DNA of 64,000 nucleotides from Octopus vulgaris (taxonomy: Eukaryota): assembly GCA_951406725.2 (NCBI GenBank), contig OX597830.1:77438001-77502000 (forward strand). The letters run 5' to 3'. Positions 27,131-42,243 of the stretch are shown in pieces. Position 1 is the stretch's first letter. Every line of letters begins with the position of its first letter. A program made the translations under genes and the position numbers. The notes under the pieces are model-generated. The model saw only the letters and a program-made list of their open reading frames with translations, was not told the DNA's origin and made no database searches.

Positions 27131-27945
27131 ATATTACAAATAGTTGTGTTGCTTCCCGTTACACTTGTTCTTTTTCTTCATTCTGATTAATTCTTTATTT
27201 TATTGTCCTTATCTAAGGCCATGCTGGAGCAATGCCTACAAATTAATATTTCTTACAAAAATATTTCTTGTATAATTTACTTTGATTTTATTTATTTATT
27301 AATTAATTAATTTATTTATTTATTTATTTTAATTGTTTTACTTTATAGACTGCGAATACTTATCAATAGACCCGAATACTTATTTTTATGCCCAGTACGT
27401 ATTCTGTCGGACTCTTTTATCGAACTGCTAAGTTACAAAGACGTAAACAAAATAAAACTAATCGTTGTCGTTGTTGTTGCTGCTCCCAATTACATTTTGT
27501 ATCTTTCTTTTATCTGTTTCACTCATTTGACTGCGGCTATGCTAGAGCACCACATTGGAGGATTTTAGTCATGCAAATCGATCCGTAGCCTTAATTTTTA
27601 AGCATTGCATATATTTTATCGTTATCTTTTGCCGAACCTCTAAGTTACGGTGTACTAAACACATCCACACTGGTTGTCAAGCGGGAGTGGGGGACAAACA
27701 GACACAAAAACATACACTCATGGGTACAAATTTTCATATATATATACACACATATACACAATTACGTATATAAAGGACAAAAGACAGGCAGTCAACTACA
27801 GTTGAAACATTCCTGTCACAACCTGGGACCTTGAAGACTGCTTAAATGCAAGAAAGTGTTCTAGTCCCTTAATATTTGATATTCAATATTTCATCTATTC
27901 AATAAGACAATCAATACTTCATTTCATTTTACTATATATACTATT

Positions 27946-28015
<70 letters not shown>

Positions 28016-28304
28016 CATCGGACCTACTTGATGCAACCCCGAAAAACTGGCTTACTAGTCAGCATCACTGTGGCCCGCATAATGGAGTAGGAGCATTATT
28101 TGCATATTCAAAACGTTTACCATCAACTAATTTAATACACACGCACACACGTGTGTGTATGTATGTGTACGATAGGCTTCATTCGGTCTACCAAATCCAC
28201 TCCCAAGGTTTTGGTCGGTCCGAGTAAAAGACACTTGCCCAAGGTTCCATGCAGTGAGACTGAAACCTGAACCACGTAGTTGTGAAGCAAGCTTCTTACC
28301 CCCA

Positions 28305-28560
28305 TGAGAGAAGATGCAAAATATGTACAGGGATATTTATACGGTACATCTTGGGAGGTGTAGCTCCCAAATTTATGGTTGAAAACTATATCAACCACCA
28401 TCATTCTAACAAAAATCCATCCTCCCCATCTAGATTAAGAACACTGTACTGTAACAGCCTGTGTTTCAAAGGCCGACAACTTTTCAACATACCGCCAAAC
28501 AACCTCAGAGATATGTAAGGTGTAGCTGTGGATGTTCCAGATTCTTTATAGGTATCCACA
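28305..28560 (+). pseudogene. Decayed LINE ORF2 C-terminal fragment
   Basis: ERRCK..IFIRYILGGVAPKF...RTLYCNSLCFKGRQLFNIPPNNLRD parallels RRRERYIICMMWKI...HNYFTSIGPALFNITP in the LINE at 959-2659. Confidence 0.65.
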
Positions 28561-28996
28561 TTATTGCAGAGAACACAAAGAAGAGTTGTCCTGTCAAACT
28601 CTACTCCACCAGAAACTGTTCCGAGAAGATATTCGGGAAGTGCGCAATTACAAGCATTTACACTAAAGGTGGTGACCCAGAATGATCAAAGCCTTTGCCT
28701 GAAACCAGCAAAATCGAAAACATATATAGGGTTTTATATATAGGGATATATATGCATCTACATAGGTATGTATATACATCTACATAGGTATGTATATACA
28801 TCTACATAGGTATGTTTCACTAGTAATATATATGTGTGTGTATGTGTGTGTGTGTGCTTATATATGTATGTAAGAGAAATAAGGTCAATCACAAGTTTAT
28901 ATAACAAGTCCCTATTTGGTGCTCCAAGTGAATTTAGCTGTTCAAGCACAACAGATCATCAGAGAATATCTTATTGCATTAAGTTACAAACAACTA

Positions 28997-29065
<69 letters not shown>

Positions 29066-29719
29066 AAAAGTATTTATTTACCATTTGATTGTCTTACAAA
29101 TAACTCAGTATAAATATTGTATGCCAGAGTGATTATGTCTTTCATTTCATTCCATAGTTTATCAAATATTTGTCTTCGAACAACATGCGTGTAATAAATT
29201 ATGTCTCCAACGGTATTCAGTACTTATTACAAATGTACAACCATAGTAGAATTATATTAAGAATATCCATAAAAAAATGCCATCTCAACAGAATATGTGT
29301 TTGTTTCTTTAATAGTTTAACGTCTGACGCAATCTGAGAGATGTTGCATATTCCTTCATCAAAAATTTATAGAGGAGTGTTTTTTTTTTTCATTTACGTT
29401 CCTTCCAGTTTTTGCAACGAGATGACATGTTGCTGTTGAAATAAAGCAAGAGAATCCACCGGGTTTCCGGTTCATTTAAACATAGAACACATCCGATCAG
29501 ATGTAAAGCAAGTTGTTGATACTGTAAATAATTAATTCCTCCAATAGATGTACATAATTTGTTTTGCTTTATGTGACAACGAGAGAGGTATTTACATGGG
29601 TGCTTAATAGGTGTTAGAAATAACAGCCAAAATCTCTGGCGAATCATATAACCTTGGTGTCATCTTTAAAAAAGTCTACGGCCGTTTCTGGAACCACTTC
29701 CACAATGCATTACCACATT

Positions 29720-30125
29720 AAAACACCAAACTTTATGGATGGTGTCGTCACCAATGGTGGAATGTGGTTGTCTAGAAATAGGAGCCGTTTCTACCAATGT
29801 CCACCCACATTTGAACTGGTGATGCCAGTGCTTGACAATGACGTATGATGGTGCATTGTCACCATGAACTTCTTTCATTCCATCGAAAGTTTATTTTGGT
29901 GTACGACGTTTCAAGTATAAGAACCTGATCATTGATCTGCATTCAGCTACCTTCAGTATATCATCTAAGTTCACTTCAGCACCCGTAAAAGACAAATGAA
30001 TACTAGTGGAGAGCTGCAATTTACAATGTGACATGTAGAGCCATTTATTTTCATACATGTACAAGTTCCGTTTCCTGCAATAATCGAAAATGGGTCAGGG
30101 AAAATCTTTAATGAACACGCCACGA
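29720..30125 (-). mobile_element. mariner transposon 5' fragment (HTH region)
   Basis: Minus strand RSMIRFLYLK..TP....GMKEVHGDNAPSYVIVKHWHHQFKCG..VETAPISRQP is a mariner N-terminal HTH. TIR-like start ttcgtggcgtgttcattaa. Confidence 0.7.
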
Positions 30126-30213
30126 ATATACATATATATATACACACACACACACAACACACATAGACATATATGTATAACATATACATATATATATATG
30201 CGTCTGTATACAT

Positions 30214-30270
<57 letters not shown>

Positions 30271-31044
30271 ACATATTAATGTATGAATATGTGTGTGTGC
30301 TCGCGCGCATATGTGTGTACGATTTTAATTCAGTCAGCTCCTCGCTACTCTGAGTTTCACTAATAGGTGCAAGGAATCTTGCAATAGCAAGTGACTGACA
30401 AGCCCAAAACAAAATACATTATTAATCCCTATCATGGAATAGACATTTTCCCAACAATTAACGCTAAACGATCACACACACACACACACACACACACACA
30501 GATGTATAAGGTATTAAGAGAATATCTAAGTATAAGGTGTTAAGAGAATATCTGCCATATATATTTAACGTTAGACACGACACAAGAGATACTCTGGGGA
30601 CACATGTTGGTACATAGGATAATGTGGTATCAATTGATTATGATGTCCAAAAATCATTCTGGAGACGAGATCACTAAAACACTGGCAACACGAAGATTAA
30701 ATGGATAGCCTTCGAAGTTTTTTCTGGGGTTTTTAAAAACCATTTTATTTTTATTTTCTCATATTTCTTTTTAAACTTCGTCTCTCATAGATTTCTGAGT
30801 TCTGAGTTTCTGGCTGAGAGAACTATTGTTTAACGATTCTTTAAGAGCATGTACTTTTTTTATATAAACTCACATACATACAATAATACATACATACAAA
30901 CATACATGCACTCATGCATATATGCATACATACATACATGTATATATCCATATATGCATAAATACATTTATACATACATATGTATATATAATACATACAT
31001 ATGTATATATATATATATGTGTGTATATATATATATATATATAC

Positions 31045-31076
<32 letters not shown>

Positions 31077-31750
31077 TTACATATGCTTGCATATGTATAT
31101 ATGCATATATGTATATCCATATATATATGCATGCATATATATATGTATACAAACATACATACATATATATATATGCATATATATGCATGTATTCACGTAC
31201 ATATACATATGCGTGATGGTAGATACGTACATATGTATTTGTATGCGTCTGCATATGTACGTGAGTAGGTATTACATACTTGTATGTATATTTATATATA
31301 TGTGTGTGTGTGTGTGTATGTGTGTGCATCTTTAACTTACCGTCAATCCATCCATCTATCTCTCCGTCTCTCAGTCCCTGTCCACATACATACATATATA
31401 TATATATATATACACAAACACACACATATATATATACATATATATACGTGTTTGAGTTTTTGTATATGAATATATATATATATATATATATATATTGGTA
31501 TATACATATGTATGTATACAAGTATGTGCACGTATGTATTTGTCCACACGTATTTACAAACGGAGCGTGTCGAATGTTATTAACTCTAGTGACCATTAAT
31601 CTTCTTAGGGCGGTCACGCTTGATTCCAGTGACCAAGTTAAGAATATTTGCTGAAGATCTTTGCACCGATAAACTCGCATGCATCATTCGAATCCAAACA
31701 AAACATGTTCTAATACGCACATACGTACATTCACCCAATAACTTGTATGC

Positions 31751-31814
<64 letters not shown>

Positions 31815-31987
31815 GTATGTATGCCTGTGTGTCTATGAATGCGTGTGTGTTTCTACACATATAAAGGTACATATATATATATATATATATACTAATACGT
31901 CTTCTGTTTTTTCCTAAACTCTCCCTATATATATATGTATATATATATACATATATATATATATATTGCACTTATATATATACATTG

Positions 31988-32032
<45 letters not shown>

Positions 32033-32346
32033 GTGTACGGGTTTACATGCACCTGTTTATGTACATGGAAGCGTCCTCGTGTATATATGAGAATAAAAAT
32101 GTAGATAGAGGCACACGTGGCCGCACAGGCACACAAACACACACTCATACACACGCATGTTTGAAAATAATGTATATGGACACGGAATGATCATCCGTGT
32201 GTATGTGTATGCGTGCTCCTTGTGTCCTGCTGCGTGTGTGGGTGTGTATTTGGATTTAAGTGTACGTGTACGCATGCGTACACATGCGATATCGAAAATG
32301 ATTTATCGAACCAAAACTTAAGTTCAGCATTATTGTGGGTCATGTG

Positions 32347-32422
<76 letters not shown>

Positions 32423-32470
32423 AATAAAAACAGCTAGTTGCAATGTTAAAACGTAAAGGAGGATTATAGT

Positions 32471-32665
32471 CGTCAACTAAACGTGGTTAATAGTGTAAAG
32501 ACACCTACATTGCTAGAAGTAATAGCTAAAATGCACCAATATTGTTATGAAGTACCAGCTCCTATCAGAATATATGTTATGTTCTTTTTAACAGCATTGG
32601 AGCATTTTAGCTATTGTTTCTAGCAATGTAGGTGTTTTGACATCCTTAATCACATTTAGTTGACG
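32471..32665. repeat. Diverged inverted repeat, about 195 bp
   Basis: cgtcaactaaa...acacctacattgctagaagtaatagctaaaatgcaccaat vs attggagcattttagctattgtttctagcaatgtaggtgt...tttagttgacg. Confidence 0.75.
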
Positions 32666-32681
32666 CCTATATAATCATACA

Positions 32682-32721
<40 letters not shown>

Positions 32722-32722
32722 G

Positions 32723-32781
<59 letters not shown>

Positions 32782-34043
32782 GTGTGTGTGTATGTACGTG
32801 TGTATGTATGTATAAGAGCTAAGGACTACATATGAGAAGTGGTAAATATCCAAGCGAGGTTTATACTGAGCTACACTTCAGGCCAGGGATATCTTGATTA
32901 AATATGAAAGATGCCTTGATTCAGTTTATCATACATCGATACGGAAAAAATCCACAACCTTCCGTCTCAACAAAACCACTCTTGTCCCTGAAAGCTGATT
33001 TTATATTCCCTGCGGATTGCTTGAAGCTAACTTTCTTTCTATACCTCGATTCCTGGATCTTATATATATATCATCAAACTACGGTAGTAGTTGAATGATA
33101 TTACCAAGGCCGCAATTTACTCACATGCTGCATTTTTCAGAGCTTGTCGCTAATTCAGTTCTCAACCAAATGTAATACCGTTAACATTTTCGAAGAGCAC
33201 CGGTCCCTAGCTACATTTTGGCATTAAAAAAATTGAGATTTGGTTCAGTAGAAAAACGTTTACATCAAAATTTGTAGCGACGTTATATGTAAGGCCACTG
33301 TATTAATGATACAAGAAAGCGTGTGAGTTTCATAGTTTTTGCCCCATGCAACAAAAATTTGTATCAAAAGAGTTGAGAGGTAAAATATCATGAAATAAAT
33401 ATAAGGCGAACAATTGGATTTAAGTATAATTAGCTTTTTTATTTTAAAAACTAACTATATTTTAATTAAGCTTAAATAATAGAGCTCAATTCGAGGAATT
33501 TCATGGTATCAATCTCACGCAATGAAGTTTTAAAAGAAAAAGTTATGAGTGTTTATTTCTCAAATTTGAGGGTGATAATATAGTTCTATACTTTTTTATG
33601 AATATATTTCTAGGGGATTTTTAATATATGTCACCGGAATCATTTAGGAAAGGAAAAACAATTATCAATGCGACCGCTAATTGACACATTTAGCACATTA
33701 TTAATTAGCATAATAGCATAGTCTGGGGAAAAAAAAGCATGGATTACACGGAAAAATGCGAGCAAGAGAAATAATATTCTCAAGATTTTAGATCTGGAAA
33801 AGTACAGGACACGTAATTACATCCGGTAAAGTACAGAACAAAAAAAGTTTTACTTAAAATATTGCAACTAAGGATCAAATTTGAATTTTAAAAAACTATT
33901 TGTAAGTAACAGGGTAACATTATAATAAAAAAGGTACCATCATTCTGTTAAAATATACATACATACATACATACATACATACATGCATGCATGCATGCAT
34001 ACATACATACATACATACATACATACATACATACATACATACA

Positions 34044-34077
<34 letters not shown>

Positions 34078-34597
34078 AAGAGAGAGAGGATAGATAGATA
34101 GTTAGATAGATAAATATAAAATTATATAAAATTACAATCGTACTTCTGTTCGATTAGTAAATTCATAATTCCTTTCGAAGAATTTCTGATAATATTCCAG
34201 AGTATATTAAATGTACACAATGAAGAATAGAGATTTACACATCTTTACTGAATTATTTACAACTTTTAAAACACCGACACGTGTTTCTCTCATACGAGTA
34301 TCATACGATTCTCAGATTCTGTAGTTTTGCATAGTAATCGATTCATATTTAATCGATCATAGTACTACATAGCTACATAGAAGTACGCCTCACGTTTTCA
34401 AACCACCAAGGGGAATCAGAAGGTAACTGTATCTAGTAGTAGTCGAAGTGGCCGAAATCGTACAGAAAGACCGAGGAAGGCGAGAATAGAAAAGTGGAGA
34501 AATTAATATAATGAATTCTTGTATTTAAACTCAAACTGATCTCAGTAAACATTGAGAAAAATATAAATGTAATTTTAGCTATAGTAACAGCAAAATA

Positions 34598-35155
34598 TTG
34601 GGTAGTCCGGAAAGTCCGTGCCGATTTATAGCAGCTTAACTTTCGACTTATTTTAGAACATGGTTGAATACATAAAATAGGATTTCCCTACCACCTCCAT
34701 TTAGAGCACAGTTTAAGCTATCTTTTCGTGGAAGAAGGTTTATGTTCCTATAACCTGTATTAATTCTGTAAGCCTTTAAAATGAAAGATAAGAAAGTTCA
34801 TTTTCAGCACTTGATGCTTTAGGAACCAGACAAAAATTGCTGCAGCTCGGCTGGGATGTGTTACCCTACCCTCCATATTCACCAGATATTGTTCCTTCGG
34901 ATTTCCACTTATTCAGATCTCTGTAGAATAGTCTTAATGGTAAAAATTTAAATTCCTTGGATGACGTAAAAAGATACCCTGATGAATTCTTTGCCATGAA
35001 ACCACCACAATTCTGGGAAGAGGGTATTTTCAAGTTAAAGGAAAGGTGAAGACGTATTATGTAACAAGATGGTTCATATTTGGTTGATTATGGCAGGTAT
35101 TTATTGACCTTTTTCTTTCCTTTAAAAATCGGCACGAACTTTCTGGACAACCCAA
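34598..35155 (+). mobile_element. Non-autonomous mariner deletion derivative with both TIRs and TA TSDs
   Basis: TA|ttgggtagtccggaaagtccgtgccgattt ... aaatcggcacgaactttctggacaacccaa|TA. Transposase N-terminus MKDKKVHFQHLML is joined directly to the C-terminal part GWDVLPYPPYSPDIVPSDFHLFRSL. Confidence 0.9.
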
Positions 35156-35874
35156 TATTTAGGTAAAAAAAATTAAAAGAATGAAACTTATTGGGTACTT
35201 ACGCTATTGGGTGCTTAGAATCGAAGCGAAAAACAAGATATTTATAAGTTAGACATAAAGCTTTAAGAGGATTCGAAAAAGGAAAGTTAATATCCTTGTT
35301 AAGGGGTAACAAGATATATCTGTAAAAATAAAATTAATTATTGATCTAAATAAGCGTTAAAAACACTAAAGGTATAGGTTATTACAACTAGAATTCTTAA
35401 ACCTCCTTATATATACATATATGTATGTGTGTGTGTTTGTATAGAAAGAGAGAGAGAGAGGTATTGACGAATAATTAAATTAATTCAACATACATTATAA
35501 AAGGCATTCTACATGCAGTATCTTTCCTTGAAATTTAACAAGTGACTTTGTTGGCATGGAAAATGTAGGTAAACAGCTGAGATGATTTGTTATTTTACCA
35601 GCTCACTTACACAGTAAACCAATAATATTTTATCATTAACTCGTGTATCAGGTATTGGTAAAACTTTTTCTACGTTCGGAATGAACTTTAATATGTTGTG
35701 TAAACTTTGATTTAGTCTTTAAAGTGTAATTTAAATCTTCCAAATTATTCATTGCTTTCGCTGACGTTTAGGCTGTAAATGTGTTCCGTTCACAACCAGA
35801 CTGAATTGATCATTTAACATTTAAGTCTGTTTACTATACAACATAATACTAAAATACTGCTTCTAAGTCTCTCA

Positions 35875-35907
<33 letters not shown>

Positions 35908-36120
35908 AACATGTGATCTCTTGAGCACCACCAGCAAAAATATGTTTTCCTCTGTCTTCCCTTCTCGGGATCTTTCCTTCTCTTTTGTTTCCGACGAAGA
36001 GCTCCGCTCGAAACGTTGAACCCTCTTTCCCTTCTTTCCTGAGCGTCAATAATACTTTAATTGTTCCACGTCCTCGCGTTGCTGTGTTTTTTTTCTGTGT
36101 TTTCTTGTTTGGATTAACTA
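35908..36120 (+). mobile_element. PLE pseudo-LTR-like repeat, family A copy 2, with minimal hammerhead motif
   Basis: Flanked by (TA)n. GTTT-CCGACGA-agagc-tcc-gctc-GAAA-cgT-T-GAAC at 35987-36021. Confidence 0.6.
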
Positions 36121-36738
36121 TATATATATATATATCATTTCACAGCCAACGAGTGAAACTTCATGGACGTTCTACAAACTGCTGCCGAACAGCACTTAAA
36201 TCACGCTGATTCTACCAAAATTCTTAAAATGGACAACTTCCCTCATTTAGGCTCACCAATGGAAAATCTTGTCATAGAGTTCTACATGATTTTGATTGAG
36301 CTGGAATTACATAACAACACCAATACTGAGAACAATAACAGTATATTACCCTTTTCCAACCAACAGCTAAGATTTCCTTAATTTTAGTCGACATATTGAA
36401 GCAATGGTTTTATTCTTTTGTATTTCTCTTTTATATTTTTGCCTTGTCATTTTTTTTATCTTAAATGATTTCTGCCTGGATTTCCAAGCTTAATTTTACG
36501 ATCAATTATAATACATCATTGGCATGGGAAATATATTGGTTTTTACCTCTCAAATATATAATCTAGTAAGAACTAATGAACGATGTGTGTGATATGTAAA
36601 GAATCCCATCATTTGGACATTTAGAGAAGATTTTTGGACGTGGAATTTGACAGCCATTCCATTGTGTTGCCATATTTAGCAACATAATGCAAGACATTGC
36701 GTAACTAAACCTGCAGTGAAAAGAATAGGGATACACAC

Positions 36739-36769
<31 letters not shown>

Positions 36770-36898
36770 CGTATATATTGATGCATATGCATATATGTAT
36801 GTATATATATATATTTATATATATGTATATATATATATTTATATATACAGATATATACGTATGCGTATATGTATACTATATACATACCTGTATATTAA

Positions 36899-36936
<38 letters not shown>

Positions 36937-37088
36937 CACATCCATATACACATTCACTAGCGTACATATATATTTTATGTATCAAATATATGTACATATG
37001 CAAGAATTTACATATTTATGTATATATGACTGTATAAATATATCTGTGCGCATCTGTGCGTTTGTGTTTGTGTGTGTATATATATTTT

Positions 37089-37153
<65 letters not shown>

Positions 37154-37168
37154 ACCGATACATATGCA

Positions 37169-37207
<39 letters not shown>

Positions 37208-37350
37208 ATATACATATATGTATATATACATATATCTATATTCATATGTACACAAACATGTACGTATATATACATAAGCATATATGTACATATATATATT
37301 CTATAGTCCTATACGCATGTGCATTTGTATATGTATATATCAATAATCAT

Positions 37351-37399
<49 letters not shown>

Positions 37400-37748
37400 A
37401 AGTACGGGAGTATTGGTGGTGTTGATGGAGATGGTGGTGATGGTGGTGGCGGTAGTGGTGGTGATGGTGGTGGTGGCGGTGGTGGTGGTGGTGGTGTTGT
37501 TGTTGGTGGTGGTGGGGGGTGTCCGAGATATGGATGTCGGTAGCAACAAATAATAAAACATTGTTAAAACTGGTCAGTTCCAACGATTAACAAAAAAAGA
37601 TTGATGCAAAATGAATGTAGGGATTTTTGTAGTGACTGTCAATATGTTAAGCTCTTTTTTTTTTTACACGAGAGCACTATAGACATATCTCTGTTAGTGC
37701 ACTCGCGATTGTATCGGTCTGAGTGTACACAATTTGCTTTATATATAC

Positions 37749-37844
<96 letters not shown>

Positions 37845-37929
37845 GCTGTGTAGTAAGAAGCTTGCTTCCAAACCACATGGTTCCGGATTCAGTCTTACTG
37901 CATGACATTTAGGGCGAGTAGATCGTCGG

Positions 37930-37993
<64 letters not shown>

Positions 37994-38066
37994 GTGTGTG
38001 TTTGTGTGTGTATGTATATATATATACTTGGTAGAGGGTACGTGTCGTTCAGTCATAATAAAATAG

Positions 38067-38106
<40 letters not shown>

Positions 38107-38357
38107 TATATCCATACGTGTATATACATATTTACATCTATACGTATAATATATGCATGTATGGGCACAAGACGTCATGAAACATGTACAACAAAAAAGT
38201 ACGAAGCACGAGTACATGCATCAGGAACTATTCTTTCGAACATCAAAAGACAAAAATGGAAAACAAATCAAACATAAACAACGACGCTTCATCAGTTGTT
38301 GGCTGCTCGAAATACGAGACTAGAGAAACTGCCAACAACTGATACATACATACATAC

Positions 38358-38410
<53 letters not shown>

Positions 38411-38464
38411 TATATATAATGATAAATCTCAGAGCGAGTTATAAATAGTAGCGGTAACACATCG

Positions 38465-38637
38465 TGACGCATATTTGCCATTTGAATATGGCTAACCCCT
38501 AAGGGTGGATGCTACTGTAGTTTGTAGCCCCAGGAAGATACCTCCTATAGCCAGCTGGAGGAGTTATCTTCCTGGGGCTACAAACTACAGTAGCATCCAC
38601 TCTTAGGGGTTAGCCATATTCAAATGGCAAATATGCG

Positions 38638-38640
<3 letters not shown>
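38465..38640. repeat. 176-bp near-perfect palindrome
   Basis: tgacgcatatttgccatttgaatatggctaacccctaagggtggatgctactgtagtttgtagccccaggaagata and its reverse complement ending ...atatgcgtca, abutting (TA)n. Confidence 0.92.
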
Positions 38641-38691
<51 letters not shown>

Positions 38692-39061
38692 CAGACTCAG
38701 TTGTCAAGCAAAGACTCACAAATATATATTCATGCATACATATATGTATATATCCTTACCTTCTTGGAGATTTTAGATAACATTATACTAATATGTCCAT
38801 CTGTTTTAATTTAATTAAATTATATGTCTTTATGCAGCAGAGTGTATTGGTCTGCATTTAAATTGATGTAATGGTTACATTGTTCAATTAAGTGGAGTTG
38901 CTTGAAACGAACATACTGTATAGCCTCTGGATAACATTGTTGCTTATTTTAATATGTATGTATATATGTATATTTATCGATGCATATCTGCCAATTTTTG
39001 TGCGCACATACATGTATATACGCGAACATGTATATATATACACACACAAACATACATACAG

Positions 39062-39136
<75 letters not shown>

Positions 39137-39884
39137 ATGTGTATGTATGTATAAGGAAATGTCACGCACCAGCCTCCATATATAAAAATACCACGAAGAA
39201 AGAATATTATTTCTTTTGCATTGAAATTAATCAAATTTTCCGAAATGCATTAATCTTCACCGGTTTCACTTCTAACAGATACACATTGTAATCTATATTG
39301 AATTAATGTCTGTTAACTTTCAGCTCAAATGTATCATAGTGCTAAAACTGGAAGTATCCTTTTTTCTAACACACTCGTTAACAAATGAGGTAATGGTAAG
39401 TACCTTAACATATTCATATGGAGAGGGAGCAGCTGTATATATTTTCATAAATATTAATTTTTAAAAAGAACATTAAAATAAGAATCATAACTGACTATGA
39501 ATTAAAACCTGAATTTACAGTGAGATCAATGACTATCATACCGACATAAACCATTGTACGTCGGTAGGCAACAGTAATTCGTATTATTAAGAGTTACTCA
39601 CTATTAAACATCCTATGTAATAATGTAGGTAACGCTATGAAGTTTAAATATCCATAAAAATATATAAATATATATAAATATATTTTCACAAATATCCATT
39701 ATCTAAGATTAAAATATTTGTCATGGTGGAATTAGATTTAAAGGCAACCAACGAGTTCTAAGTTTATATTTTGCTTTGATGCATTTAAATTGAAATATTA
39801 TTTGGTTGAGTGGTATCTACCTTACTCCTTGTTTATGAATATACATATATTCAAATACACACACACATATAGATTTTTTTTTTT

Positions 39885-40266
39885 GGAAGCACTCCGTCGG
39901 TTACGACGACGAGGGTTCCGGTTGATCCGAATCAACGGAACAGCCTGCTCGTGAAATTAACGTGTAAGTGGCTGAGCACTCCACAGACACGTCTACCCTT
40001 AACGTAGTTCTCGGGGATATTCAGCGTGACACAGAGAGTGACAAGGCCGGCCCTTTGAAATACAGGTACAACAGAAACAGGAAGTAAGAGTGAGAGAAAG
40101 TTGTGGTGAAAGAGTACAGTAGGGATCACCACCATCCCCTGCCGGAGCCTCGTGGAGCTTTAGGTGTTTTCGCTCAATAAACACTCACAACGCCCGGTCT
40201 GGGAATCGAAACCGCGATCCTATGACCGCGAGTTCGCTGCCCTAATCACTGGGTCATTGCGCCTCC
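39885..40266 (-). mobile_element. tRNA-derived SINE family 3a
   Basis: Head ggaggcgcaatgacccagtgattagggcagcgaactcgcggtc...ggtttcgattccc with A/B boxes, and an A-rich tail. Confidence 0.8.
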
Positions 40267-40887
40267 ACTACATATATAGATATATGTATATGTACATGAA
40301 CAGTTAAACGTGATTTGGCTAGTGTAGTAGTCCTTGTAACTCTTATGTATACAGTGCGTAGTTACAGGCTAGCCCATATAGTAAACCAGAAATCAACTCT
40401 GTGCGTCAATTCCTCTGTTACCAAGACATATGTCTACCGGGTTTCCCCTCAGATATAACCTCCACTGATGAAGGTTCCTAACTAAAATATCAATCTCTTT
40501 GCGAACCATTCCCACTAACTTTTCCCCAACGAAGATCACCAAGGGCTTCTTTGAATTCTGATATTTATATTATTGGATGTTCTGGCAAGTTTTTCTATAA
40601 AATACACACTAAAATGCTCGCTGAGGGTACATTGATAGAATAGAGTTATTTCTTGCATGAACACAACTCACGTTAACAAAGGAATGAAATTTATTAATCT
40701 CTCAAATATATATTATGAAACCTTGTTTAACTTAACAGTTATTTCGAAAACAAGCAAGCTTAAATCATGAAATATATAAACGGAGGTGCATCAGCATGGT
40801 CGCAGCTCCGTGCTGAAACTAGAGAAAAAAATCATACAGCTATAACCCACTCCTTACAACTACTGGCTTTGTAGTAAAGTTTGAAAC

Positions 40888-40982
<95 letters not shown>

Positions 40983-41030
40983 TTATCATCATCATCATCA
41001 TTATTATTTAAGGCGGCGAGCTGGCAGAAT

Positions 41031-41230
41031 CATTAGCATGCTGGACAAAATGCTTAGCATTATTTCGCCCGTCCCTCCGTGATGAGTTCAAATTCAGCGG
41101 AGGTCGACTTTGTCTTTCATCTCTTTGAGGTTGATAAATTAAGTACCAGTGAAACACTGGGGTTGATGTAATCAAGTCGTCCCCTCCCCTAACATATTTC
41201 AAACCTTGTGTCTATAGTAGAAAGGATTAT
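41031..41230 (+). mobile_element. SINE family 2, diverged
   Basis: aggcggcgagctggcagaatc... head and gactttgtctttcatctc central domain. Confidence 0.75.
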
Positions 41231-41399
41231 TATTATTTTTTCATTGTAAAGAAGGAGGGGGGGAGGAAGAAGAAGAAGAAGAAGACGAAGAAGAAGAAGA
41301 AGAAGAAGAAGAAGAAGAAGAAGAAGAAGATCGTGCATATTTGTCAGACATCTAGGTTTCCGTCAGTTTCCTATGAATAATATTGTCGTTCAAAGAAGA

Positions 41400-42040
41400 T
41401 AACACCCCACCCCCTGCACCACACTCTTTCTTCTACCAATACCATTCCCGTCACCACCATCACCACCACCACAACCATGACCATCACTACCACAGCTATC
41501 TTCATCACCACTACATCCATCAGCATCATCCCCACAACCATTATAACTACAACTAATACCATCACAGTCACCACCACCACCACCACCACCATATCTTCGT
41601 TACCAGTACCACCATCACCTTCGCTACCTTATCTAACACCATCCCAAATATTTTCACCACCACCACCGCAGCCATAATCATCACCGTTACCACTACAACT
41701 ATCACCATAACCCCAACTGTCACTACTACTCTAGTGCCTATACTACATTCACCAACGTCTCCATTGTCGCTATCGCTACAACCATCACCACGACCAACAC
41801 CACCACCACCATCGTCACCACCAACACCATCGTCGCCACCACTACCAGCAGAATCATAAATACCAATACTTGCCACCCTTAACACTACCCTCATCAACAC
41901 CACCAGCTTACCACCTCTAATACCACTACTACCGTATCATTACCACCACCACTACCACCCGAGCGACGAGCACCTGTGATACACCACCACTTCAATATCA
42001 ATAACACCACCACCTCCATCACAATTACATTCACTACAAT

Positions 42041-42112
<72 letters not shown>

Positions 42113-42210
42113 AACTTCTACTACTACAATTACTACTGTTGCTTCTACTACTACTATTACTATTAATACTGCTACTACTACTACTGCTACTATTACTGCG
42201 ACTACTGCTG

Positions 42211-42243
<33 letters not shown>

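Noticed and set aside
30343-30395. Minus-strand GAAA-ctcagag-TA-gcgag half-hammerhead (similar remnant near 31650)
   Set aside because: CUGANGA core or GAAA is missing; at most an eroded remnant.
38285-38345. Minus-strand caaCTGATGAag with a short inverted repeat
   Set aside because: Incomplete; the three-way junction cannot be built.
40460-40520. CTGATGA-aggttcc candidate hammerhead
   Set aside because: No GAAA closing stem II and no stem I or III could be found.
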